Below are positions 44,461-52,834 of a DNA stretch of 53,810 bases, in pieces. Made by a program: the position numbers and the translations under genes. The notes below the pieces were generated by a model, which saw nothing but the letters and a program-made list of their open reading frames with translations, was not told the origin of the DNA and did not search any database. This DNA comes from a virus (Duplodnaviria > Caudoviricetes): positions 1-53,810 of IMG/VR virus record IMGVR_UViG_3300044814_000019; one strand, written 5' to 3'. Numbering within the stretch: position 1 is the first letter of the stretch; each line of letters starts with the position of its first letter.

Positions 44461-44956
44461 GGGGTATCCAACCTGTTTTATCGTTCTTTCTTCGGTTGCA
44501 TGTTATGCACGCCCAAACTAAGTTGTTTTCAGTGTGTTTGCCGCCTTTAGATACTGGCGCTATATGATCTAACTCGCCTTCACCATGCAGCGCTGAACCA
44601 CAGTACGCGCACTTATCGTTTTGTGACGCACGGAGCGCGTCAAGAAAATGCTTATCAACAGCGCTGGTTTCTTTTTCAGCCGCGCGCCTTCTGTGTCGCT
44701 GTTTAGCGTTTTTAGCTTTCGCAGCGGCGGGATTTGACGTACGCCATAGTTTTTCACTGGTACTTTGTTTTTCGGGATTGTTATGACGCCAGCGATTATT
44801 AATGGTGCGTTTCTTTTCAAGGTTGCCGACGCGCCAACGTTCTTTGCTCGCGCGAGCGCAAGGCACGCACAGCTTTTTATTGGCTGCCGCGTAACGCAAC
44901 GTGCCGCCGCAGTTACGGCAGGGTTTCCCATGGAAGTGTTTGTTTTGGTTTTTCAT
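44432..44956 (-). CDS. HNH endonuclease
   Basis: CRNC..CVPC, CAYCG..LDHIAPVSKGGKHTENNLVWACITCNRRK. Confidence 0.88.
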   Translation of the reverse strand: MKNQNKHFHGKPCRNCGGTLRYAAANKKLCVPCARASKERWRVGNLEKKRTINNRWRHNNPEKQSTSEKLWRTSNPAAAKAKNAKQRHRRRAAEKETSAVDKHFLDALRASQNDKCAYCGSALHGEGELDHIAPVSKGGKHTENNLVWACITCNRRKNDKTGWIPLNHANSLLN

Positions 44957-45062
44957 CTTTTTGCGTTTTAAGCATGTACGGCGCAACGTTGTTGGCGTCG
45001 CGTTTGAGAAATGTAGGGATTTCGAGGCTGTCCCGTACAGGTGACTTCTCCCAGGGCATCAT
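44913..45062 (-). CDS. 49-aa protein carrying an FtsZ C-terminal-peptide-like motif
   Basis: RBS GGAG. DSLEIPTFLKRDAN. Candidate promoter TTGACG-N17-TTATCT upstream. Confidence 0.6.
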   Translation of the reverse strand: MMPWEKSPVRDSLEIPTFLKRDANNVAPYMLKTQKDEKPKQTLPWETLP

Positions 45063-45240
45063 ATGTGTGCGTCTCCAGTCTGCCGTACGGACATGCACAG
45101 ATAACGCCGTTTACAAACCTGCGTCAACCCACTAAATGTATGACATGCGCCCATCTGAAAAACTAGCCCTTGCGGTATGACATTTTACCCGCTAGCTTCT
45201 TGTCCATTGATTTCCTTTTGCTAATCGAAAGGCAGCTCCA

Positions 45241-45978
45241 ATGTTCAATATCGTAAACGCCGGCCAGCTCGGAGGCGGTTACCGCCATTACTCCGGTTTG
45301 CTGCCACTCACGCCCGGTGACGGCGGACCGCAGGCGCAAGCGTCTGTCCGTGTGTTCCACATCCCCGCAGCCAACGCAGCGGCGATTTTTCGGGGCGATA
45401 TCGTCGTAATGGCGTCGGGCTCAATCGGCACGCCAGGCGCGGCCGACCTGCCTCAAAACATCGGTACGCCGGCAACGCCGTCCGTCGTCATCGGCAACGG
45501 CGGCGGTACGTTGCTCGGCAACGCATCCATGGTTGCGAACATCACTCGTTGGGTGCCTGGTGACACGACCAGCGTCATTGCCGGCGTCGTTGTGGGTTGG
45601 GGGCCGATCACGCTGTACCAAGCGAAAAACGGTTTTCAGTACGCGCCGGCATCCACCGAGTGCTGGGCATTTGTCGAAACCGATCCGGCGCTTGAAATGA
45701 GCTGCACCATGCCGACCGTGCCGGGCACTGCGTTCAATCTCGATCTTCAATCCGGCATCGACTTGAAGGCCAATGCCGGGCAGCAATCGACGCGCTTTGG
45801 CATTTCGGGTGTGTCGCTCGACCCGGCGACCATCGCGACCACGTCCACGCTGCCACTTCGCATCCTCGACAGCGGCCAGCAAATCGGCAACGATCCGACT
45901 GCTGCCGGCTTCGTCGCCCGCGTTCAGTTCAACCTTTCTCGCCACTACAGGGGCGGCGCCGGCTTCGTCGCCGACTAG
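45241..45978 (+). CDS. capsid decoration/cement-like protein
   Basis: AAAIFRGDIVVM..GVVVG..VETDP..TLPLRIL. Strong codon bias similar to the capsid gene. Confidence 0.65.
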   Translation: MFNIVNAGQLGGGYRHYSGLLPLTPGDGGPQAQASVRVFHIPAANAAAIFRGDIVVMASGSIGTPGAADLPQNIGTPATPSVVIGNGGGTLLGNASMVANITRWVPGDTTSVIAGVVVGWGPITLYQAKNGFQYAPASTECWAFVETDPALEMSCTMPTVPGTAFNLDLQSGIDLKANAGQQSTRFGISGVSLDPATIATTSTLPLRILDSGQQIGNDPTAAGFVARVQFNLSRHYRGGAGFVAD

Positions 45979-46014
45979 CCCGCTACGCAGTCACAGGAAC
46001 GAAGGGACATCACA

Positions 46015-46551
46015 ATGAAACTGTTTTGTAAGTTCAGCGCTGCGTTGCTGGTCGCGTTGATGCCGTTTTCCGCGGCTCTTGCGCAGACCGTCGTACAGGT
46101 TCCGTCGAACATAAACGCCGGAGTCGTTGCGGATCTCGGTAACGGCCCGACCGAAGTTCGCATGCTCCAAGGCAACATGGGGCTTTTCACTTCGCAAGGA
46201 TCTGGCATCGGCAGTGGGTCGACTACCACTATTACTTTGACGGCCAGCGCCGCCGCTAATCCGCCGTGTGTTGGGTGCTTAATATCGGGCACCGGCGTCA
46301 CGTCGGGGACGACCGTGACGGCGTTCAACGGCACCACGACGATTACCACGAATACGTCGCAGACAATTGCCGCCAGCACGGCGTTGTCGTGGGGCAAGGC
46401 GTGTCCGTCAGCGCCACCTTCGGCACCGCTCGCGTTGGTGCAGGCCGCAGTCGGTTCCGATCTCCCGATGTACACGCAAGCGCGCGTATGCGCATACGGC
46501 GGAAACGGTCCCGGCGGTCTGTACACTCAGTACGCCATCGGGGCGCACTAA
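46015..46551 (+). CDS. signal-peptide protein, paralogue of the N-terminal domain of 52835
   Basis: MKLFCKFSAALLVALMPFSAALA|Q. 4 mature Cys. Confidence 0.8.
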   Translation: MKLFCKFSAALLVALMPFSAALAQTVVQVPSNINAGVVADLGNGPTEVRMLQGNMGLFTSQGSGIGSGSTTTITLTASAAANPPCVGCLISGTGVTSGTTVTAFNGTTTITTNTSQTIAASTALSWGKACPSAPPSAPLALVQAAVGSDLPMYTQARVCAYGGNGPGGLYTQYAIGAH

Positions 46552-46628
46552 GTAGCTGGTTTGTTCTGGGCTGCCGTGTTCGCGTTGCCGTGCCTTAAGC
46601 GGGGCAATCAGCAAAAAGGTAAAGCCTG

Positions 46629-46940
46629 ATGGTCGCCAATCCCATAAAGACCATACCGCGCAGCTATCAGTCATGGGTCGCGCTCGCCGCGACGCCTGCG
46701 ACTGATTTTGAGCTGGACGCAGGCAGGTACGGCTTGACCGTGCAAACTGCCGGCTTTACGAGCTATCAGCTCCAGAGGTTGTTGCCCGATGGCGCGACGT
46801 ACGCGCCTGTCATGCCGGTAGCTGCCGCAGCGGGGTACACGGTGCTCGATTTGCCGGCGGGGCGGTACAGCATGGTTGTGGTCGGCGCAACTGCGTTTAC
46901 CGGTCTGATTGAAAAGATCGACACAGGGCGCGCACGATGA
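46629..46940 (+). CDS. small beta-rich virion-like protein
   Basis: 103 aa, no signal peptide, coupled to the next gene. Confidence 0.7.
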   Translation: MVANPIKTIPRSYQSWVALAATPATDFELDAGRYGLTVQTAGFTSYQLQRLLPDGATYAPVMPVAAAAGYTVLDLPAGRYSMVVVGATAFTGLIEKIDTGRAR

Positions 46941-47680
46941 AAAAACTCTTGCTTTTTGTTTTGCTGGCGTTGAGTGCGCTGTCTGCGCCCGCGAACGCGC
47001 AACAAGCGTCGTCAGCTTTCATTGTGTCGTCATGCGGTACACTTCCGGCCGGACTGACGTACGCCGCTGGGCAGTTCGGCATCCTCACGATGGATACGAC
47101 GGGAAAGCTCTGCGATAGCGCCACTGGCGGCGGAGGAGGTGGAGGCGCCATCACAGCTGCATCCGGCTCCTATGCCTCCGGGGCGCTGTCATCCGGTTCC
47201 GTGGTGGACCTCGGTTCGCAAGCCGATGCCGCCTGTGGAACGGCAACGGGTACGTGCTCGCTCATTGCGCTGCAGAAGTTCAATAATACGGCGACTAATT
47301 CGGCAATCCCCGCTGGTTCTGCAATCATCGGGCAAACTGGAATCGACCAAACTACTCCTGGTACCACTAACAAAGTTACCGTAGGTGCTCTGCCGCGTGC
47401 AGCTCGCAACACTCCTGGCTGTACAGTCGGAGCGACATCTGGGACATGCCTAGCTGCCGCTACTGCTATCACATTCCTGCAGATTCAGAACACATCGACG
47501 GCTAATACCGTGGCCTGCAACATAGTTGGCGGTACAGCTGTTCTCAACTCGGCGACCTCCGTACAGCTTGCTGTCGGCCAGTCGGCGTCATGGGGTCCGA
47601 ACACAGGCGGGGTGCCGAGCGGTGCGATCAATTGTATTGCCTCCGGGGCTTCTACACCGCTTTATGTTGAATGGAACTAG
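46937..47680 (+). CDS. signal-peptide, Cys-rich fibre-like protein
   Basis: MKKLLLFVLLALSALSAPANA|QQ. 8 Cys. IPAGSAIIGQTGIDQTTPGTTN repeat motif. Confidence 0.8.
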   Translation: MKKLLLFVLLALSALSAPANAQQASSAFIVSSCGTLPAGLTYAAGQFGILTMDTTGKLCDSATGGGGGGGAITAASGSYASGALSSGSVVDLGSQADAACGTATGTCSLIALQKFNNTATNSAIPAGSAIIGQTGIDQTTPGTTNKVTVGALPRAARNTPGCTVGATSGTCLAAATAITFLQIQNTSTANTVACNIVGGTAVLNSATSVQLAVGQSASWGPNTGGVPSGAINCIASGASTPLYVEWN

Positions 47681-47683
47681 GCC

Positions 47684-49141
47684 ATGAAAACCAAAAATCT
47701 ATTGGTTACCATCGCGTTTGGGGCGTGCTTTACGCTTGCTCTTGCGGTTGGCACGCAGGGACAGATTCAGCCCCCTCCGGGAAGCGGTGGCGGTAGCACA
47801 CCCGGCGGCTCGACGACGCAATGTCAGTACAACAACGCCGGTGCGTTTGGCGGCATCACTGGCTGCACAACTAACGGCACGGCGGTAACGCTGGTTGCTC
47901 CGGTGTTGGGCACGCCAGCAAGCGGAGTTGGGACTAACCTAACGGGCGTGCCGTTGACTACAGGCGTGACCGGAAATCTTCCGGTCACAAATTTGAACTC
48001 TGGCACTGCCGCGTCCTCGACAACATTCTGGCGCGGGGATGCAACTTGGGCAACACCGGCAGGGAGTGGGTCTCCAGGTGGATCAACGACTCAACTTCAA
48101 TATAATAATGCTGGCGCGTTCGCCGGAATTACTGACTGGACAACAGCCGGAACTACCGATCTTACCGGCCTGACCGGCAGCACTCTATCGGTTAATGGTG
48201 CTACAATCGGCACCAATAAATTTGCTGTGCTCGGCAAGACAGGCATAGGCGTTGGCAATCAGTCGGCCGCAAGCGTTTTTGGTACGGCTGGATATAATTT
48301 AGCGCAGCCAACTGGCACTGATACCGACACTGCTTCAACTGGAACGATTGCCCTCACATATGTAAATTCCTGGGGCTCCCGCACACTCGCCGCAAGCAGC
48401 GCCACGACACTGACGACAGTGGCGGGTAACTTTTTTGATGTTCCGGCTGCTGGCACGAATGTCACGTTTACCAATTCAGCACCTTCTGCAATTTTCAACA
48501 GTTCTGGGGTTGCTGGGTCGATAGTCGGATTTTCCGCCCCAGGAAACACAACAGCTTTTCGTTCTTATATGATGATTGCAAATAATACGGGAGTTAAGTT
48601 TCAGCGTTGGACTGATAATTTTGCTGCTCCTGCTGCAAGTGTATGGACTACTGATAATTCTCAGGGTAACGATACGTTTAATGTTTCAAATATCCTTACT
48701 GTTGCTGGAAACGCTATTATCAGCGGCCCTGCTTCCGCGACGTTTCAATTTGGTGCAGCAGCCGCTGCTTCGCCTGTAGCTCAAATTGCCAGAGCGCAGC
48801 CTTCGCGAGCCGGCACTGACACAAACGTCGGCGGTGCTAGTATTACATTTCAATCTGGTAATGGAACTGGAACCGGAACGCTTTCAGCAATTGCTCTGCA
48901 ATCGCCTATTGCTGTCGGCAGCGGCACTGGAGCGCAGACGCAGACTACAGGCCTGACAATTAAAGGCGGCACCGCCGTTCTGTCTGGTTACACAGTTTCA
49001 ACCCTACCCGCATCACCGACTACAGGCGCCATGGCTTATGTTACCGATGCTGTCGCTTGTACTTTTTTAGCAACTGTTACCGGCGGCGGTTCAACATTCT
49101 GCCCGGTTATTTGGACTGGCACAGCTTGGCAGGGCTCGTAA
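47684..49141 (+). CDS. signal-peptide tail-fibre-like protein
   Basis: Signal peptide, two [16 protein letters not shown] repeats, [24 protein letters not shown]-terminal [16 protein letters not shown]. Confidence 0.8.
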   Translation: MKTKNLLVTIAFGACFTLALAVGTQGQIQPPPGSGGGSTPGGSTTQCQYNNAGAFGGITGCTTNGTAVTLVAPVLGTPASGVGTNLTGVPLTTGVTGNLPVTNLNSGTAASSTTFWRGDATWATPAGSGSPGGSTTQLQYNNAGAFAGITDWTTAGTTDLTGLTGSTLSVNGATIGTNKFAVLGKTGIGVGNQSAASVFGTAGYNLAQPTGTDTDTASTGTIALTYVNSWGSRTLAASSATTLTTVAGNFFDVPAAGTNVTFTNSAPSAIFNSSGVAGSIVGFSAPGNTTAFRSYMMIANNTGVKFQRWTDNFAAPAASVWTTDNSQGNDTFNVSNILTVAGNAIISGPASATFQFGAAAAASPVAQIARAQPSRAGTDTNVGGASITFQSGNGTGTGTLSAIALQSPIAVGSGTGAQTQTTGLTIKGGTAVLSGYTVSTLPASPTTGAMAYVTDAVACTFLATVTGGGSTFCPVIWTGTAWQGS

Positions 49142-50218
49142 ATGCTAAAGTGTGTTTTATCGCTGATTATTAGTTCGGCGCTCGCTTGGAGTGCGCATGG
49201 CGTACAACTTCCAATTCCGGGCCTATGGCAGCCGCCAGCAATATCGGCGGATGGCAGCAAGATTTATATCCCGACATTTCCAGATAGCATTCTTGGGTCC
49301 CCGCCAGGATACTACCATTCGTCATATGATACCGGAAATACGTGGGTAAGGCAGGCCGGGTCGGGGAATAGGTTCTGGGTTGTTGGCTGCGCATCATCTG
49401 ATGGAACTATTGTTTATGGCGCTGATCAGAGCAGCAACGGTCTTGGCTCGATTTGGAAATCAATTGATAGCGGCGTTACGTGGGCGCAAACCAATAGTCC
49501 GCTAAAAGCATGGCAGCAGGTTTCCTGTTCAAGCGACGGGACAAAACTTGTTGGCTGCATTGGCTCACAAGGGGCGCAGGACGATTTATTTACATCAATC
49601 GACGGTGGAGTAACTTGGGTAGATCAAACAGGGTCGTTAACGCGTAATTGGTTGTTTTGCGTTATATCTGGCGACGGCGCCAAAATAGCCGCAACCAATT
49701 GGCTAGCGCACGGCCCCAACGGCGACGGTAAGGTTTACATATCAACCAACTGGCAAAGCGGGAGTCCTGTTTGGACAGGCAGCAATGCATCTGCAAATGG
49801 CTCTACGTTTGCTACGCCGAATTATTCTCGCGATGGATCGACGCTCTACGCTGCGTATAACGCTAACGGCAGCACCAGTCACATTTACAAAACGACCGAC
49901 AATGGTGCGAATTGGATTGACGTAAATCCTCCTGGGGGGACGACAAATCAGCGAAATTGGGGGTGGGTTGCGTGCTCAGCCAACGGACAGCGCGTCGTCG
50001 CATCAACCCTAGGACCGCGCACAGCATTTGTCTCAAACGATTTCGGTGCAACATGGACAGCATTCAATCCACAGCCTTACGGTCCGGCTGGATGGCAGGC
50101 ATCCTTCTTGGCTGTCTCCGATAATGGACTTGTCATCGTAAACGCTGGCTACGCCGGATACGTCAGCGTCTCTACGGACGGCGGCGCTCATTTTAACGTT
50201 ACTCAGGCAGTCAACTAA
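49142..50218 (+). CDS. signal-peptide beta-propeller with Asp-box (BNR) repeats
   Basis: Six SxDxGxTW-like boxes (SYDTGNTW, SIDSGVTW, SIDGGVTW, TTDNGANW, SNDFGATW, STDGGAHF). Confidence 0.8.
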   Translation: MLKCVLSLIISSALAWSAHGVQLPIPGLWQPPAISADGSKIYIPTFPDSILGSPPGYYHSSYDTGNTWVRQAGSGNRFWVVGCASSDGTIVYGADQSSNGLGSIWKSIDSGVTWAQTNSPLKAWQQVSCSSDGTKLVGCIGSQGAQDDLFTSIDGGVTWVDQTGSLTRNWLFCVISGDGAKIAATNWLAHGPNGDGKVYISTNWQSGSPVWTGSNASANGSTFATPNYSRDGSTLYAAYNANGSTSHIYKTTDNGANWIDVNPPGGTTNQRNWGWVACSANGQRVVASTLGPRTAFVSNDFGATWTAFNPQPYGPAGWQASFLAVSDNGLVIVNAGYAGYVSVSTDGGAHFNVTQAVN

Positions 50219-50219
50219 C

Positions 50220-52808
50220 ATGAAAAAACGCATCCTCCCCCTTCTCGGCACCCTCCTAATCATCAGCGCCCTATCTGCATCGGCGTTCAGCGGGCCGGTC
50301 GAGGACGCGGCACTACAGTCGGGCTTCAACTCCTGGCGGCAGAACGGGAAGAACTTCCCGCTAGCGCAACTCAAGACGTGGCTCGCCGCAACCGCACCGA
50401 AAGGGCAGGCTGGACCACAGGGCGCCCCCGGTCCTATGGGATTGCAGGGACCGTCTGGGCCACAGGGTCCCGTCGGTTCGCAGGGGCCGGCTGGCGATCA
50501 GGTGGCGTGGAACGTGCATGGCACGGCAACATCGTTTGTGAATAGCACTTCATCCGTTGGAACAAATCTGACCAATTCATTCGGTTCGGCAGCAATGCCG
50601 TTTATGAATGTTTTCAAAACTGCTCAGCAGTGGTTTACGCGGACAGCAAGCATTGGTGATACCAACGAGGAAGCGTATCTCTACGCCAATGTTCTCGATG
50701 CCAATGGATACGCAACCAAGCTAACCGGCAATCCAACCGGGACATTTAACGCGACGTTCAACGGCACGACGACCATGGTGGTGAACTCGCCGACCAGCGG
50801 GGTAACTCCGTGGTTGGGCGGAACTCTAAACGTCGCCGGATCGCCAACTGTTACTGCTTGCCCGGTCGCAGGCTGTGGTGGGACGGGCAGTTATACGATT
50901 TCCGCCACTGTTTCCTCCGCCACGACCTCGGTCATTGAGAGCCCGACATTTACCCAACTTTCGATGGGGGTGCTAGGAGAGGTATCTACATTCGCGAGTC
51001 CATTTTATCCTGGCGGGAACGGCTCGTGGCTGTTCAAGTGGGATGGAAACGATTGTGCTGGATCGACCTGTTTTGAGTACCATAACGATGCAACTCTTGC
51101 GAGCCATTCATGCTCAGGTGGAACTTGCACCGACGTTCTGAATGTATCGCCAAGCTCAGGTGGCATTCGCGTATTTGAAACAGGCACCGGAGTAACGGCG
51201 CCGACCAACATTCGTCTTGTGCAGACGGCGCAGTACAACGCATTGAGCAGCGCGCAAAAAACCTCATTCGACAGCGGTGGAATATTTTTCAACCCCGACA
51301 GCACGAAGTACGACAAGCAGTTTCGCGGCTTCCGCATGATGGGGTGGAACCGCACGATAACTAGTATGGTGACTTCGTGGTCACAGAGATCGACTGTTGG
51401 GTGGGTATTCTGGCAGGATGGGATAAAATATAATTTCGACGTGCCGATAGAGGTGCAGCTTTCTTACTGCAACCAGCTTCACGGAGAGTGCTGGCTAAAC
51501 TCCCCCTGTATCGCTGATCAAGCGTACTACACCAGCGAAGCAACTTTCGTTCTGGCCAACCTTAACAGCGATCTTCCGGTTGTTCACGAAGCCTGCAATG
51601 AACAGTGGAACGGCGGTTCATTTCCTTCAGCGCTGCTTGCTGCGCAAAACACCAATGGTGCCGCTCTTTTTACCACTTGTACTGCTCTAAGCACGTTTCA
51701 GTGCAGGCTTGATTACAATGTCTATCAGGCCGTGACTTCATCGCTGATCTGGAAAAGCATTTGGACGGGCGGAAATGCAAGTCGCCTCACCATGGTTATG
51801 GGCGGTCAGTTTGGAAATCCGGGGGGCATAGATTTACCAAAATGCCAAATGCTTGCTACAGCGGACGGCGGTTCGTCGTACTGGACCGGACAGGCTTGCA
51901 GTCACGTCGATGCTGATGCGACTGCACCTTATTTCCCGGTTGGGTCGTTCGCCGGCATGTCGCCGCTGGCATGGACTGCCGATTCGGATGGTGGCTTGGC
52001 CCGTGTCTACACGCAACTTACATCCGGCACTTTGATCCCGAGCTCCAATGTCGCCGGTAACTGTGGCAATGGTGCGGGCATTACTTGCGGCGGCCCTGTT
52101 AACTACACTCTGACAACGGGGCTTAGCTTGAGCGCTGCCCCGGCAAATGGCTTCTGCATCGCCGCGACGTTCAATCAAATCGGTAGCACAAATCCTCACA
52201 TTGCGATAGATTCTCTCGGGTCTCTCCCGGTTATGGGGATGGACGGAGTTGTTGTGAACGCCATCCAAGCGCAGCAGTATGCATTGTGCTACACAACGGC
52301 AACTGCATCTGGCTCCGTAACTCCGCAATGGCAATTGAACGCCCCGCGATTTCCTTGTGGCACCAGTGAAATGGATTGCCAGGGAGTTTTGACTGCGTTG
52401 GCAAACACAACGGTTGCACAAGTATTCGGCATTAAGCTAATTGGTTACGAAGGCGGACAGACTTATAATGACCCGTGCGCCAATAGCGGCAATACGGCGT
52501 ATTGTGGAAACGCAGGCCATCCGGACGTTTTGCAAGAAACACTGCAAACGAACTTCAATCTTTCAACTCAAATGGGGCAGGCATACTCAGCATGGCTTGA
52601 TGAGCAAAAAGCTAACGGCATGGTTGATCTTTACCAGCTATCGGATAGCGGTCCTTGGTTGACAGACGGTTCCTTGTTGGGGCAAACTAACTACTTCCCG
52701 TTCAATCCAGGGACTTATTCGAGTAGCACACCAACCGCACGACAAAACGCCATTTACACCTGGATTCTAGCCAACCCATGTTGGTGGGCTGGCTGTACGA
52801 TAAATTAG
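50220..52808 (+). CDS. signal-peptide protein: collagen stalk plus clan GH-A-like glycoside hydrolase domain
   Basis: 11 Gly-X-Y triplets, PFMNVFK, VPIE..WLN.P, NEQWN (acid/base-like), YEGGQ (nucleophile-like), many Cys. Confidence 0.7.
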   Translation: MKKRILPLLGTLLIISALSASAFSGPVEDAALQSGFNSWRQNGKNFPLAQLKTWLAATAPKGQAGPQGAPGPMGLQGPSGPQGPVGSQGPAGDQVAWNVHGTATSFVNSTSSVGTNLTNSFGSAAMPFMNVFKTAQQWFTRTASIGDTNEEAYLYANVLDANGYATKLTGNPTGTFNATFNGTTTMVVNSPTSGVTPWLGGTLNVAGSPTVTACPVAGCGGTGSYTISATVSSATTSVIESPTFTQLSMGVLGEVSTFASPFYPGGNGSWLFKWDGNDCAGSTCFEYHNDATLASHSCSGGTCTDVLNVSPSSGGIRVFETGTGVTAPTNIRLVQTAQYNALSSAQKTSFDSGGIFFNPDSTKYDKQFRGFRMMGWNRTITSMVTSWSQRSTVGWVFWQDGIKYNFDVPIEVQLSYCNQLHGECWLNSPCIADQAYYTSEATFVLANLNSDLPVVHEACNEQWNGGSFPSALLAAQNTNGAALFTTCTALSTFQCRLDYNVYQAVTSSLIWKSIWTGGNASRLTMVMGGQFGNPGGIDLPKCQMLATADGGSSYWTGQACSHVDADATAPYFPVGSFAGMSPLAWTADSDGGLARVYTQLTSGTLIPSSNVAGNCGNGAGITCGGPVNYTLTTGLSLSAAPANGFCIAATFNQIGSTNPHIAIDSLGSLPVMGMDGVVVNAIQAQQYALCYTTATASGSVTPQWQLNAPRFPCGTSEMDCQGVLTALANTTVAQVFGIKLIGYEGGQTYNDPCANSGNTAYCGNAGHPDVLQETLQTNFNLSTQMGQAYSAWLDEQKANGMVDLYQLSDSGPWLTDGSLLGQTNYFPFNPGTYSSSTPTARQNAIYTWILANPCWWAGCTIN

Positions 52809-52834
52809 ATTGACGAGCGAGGCCGAGTATCCAG

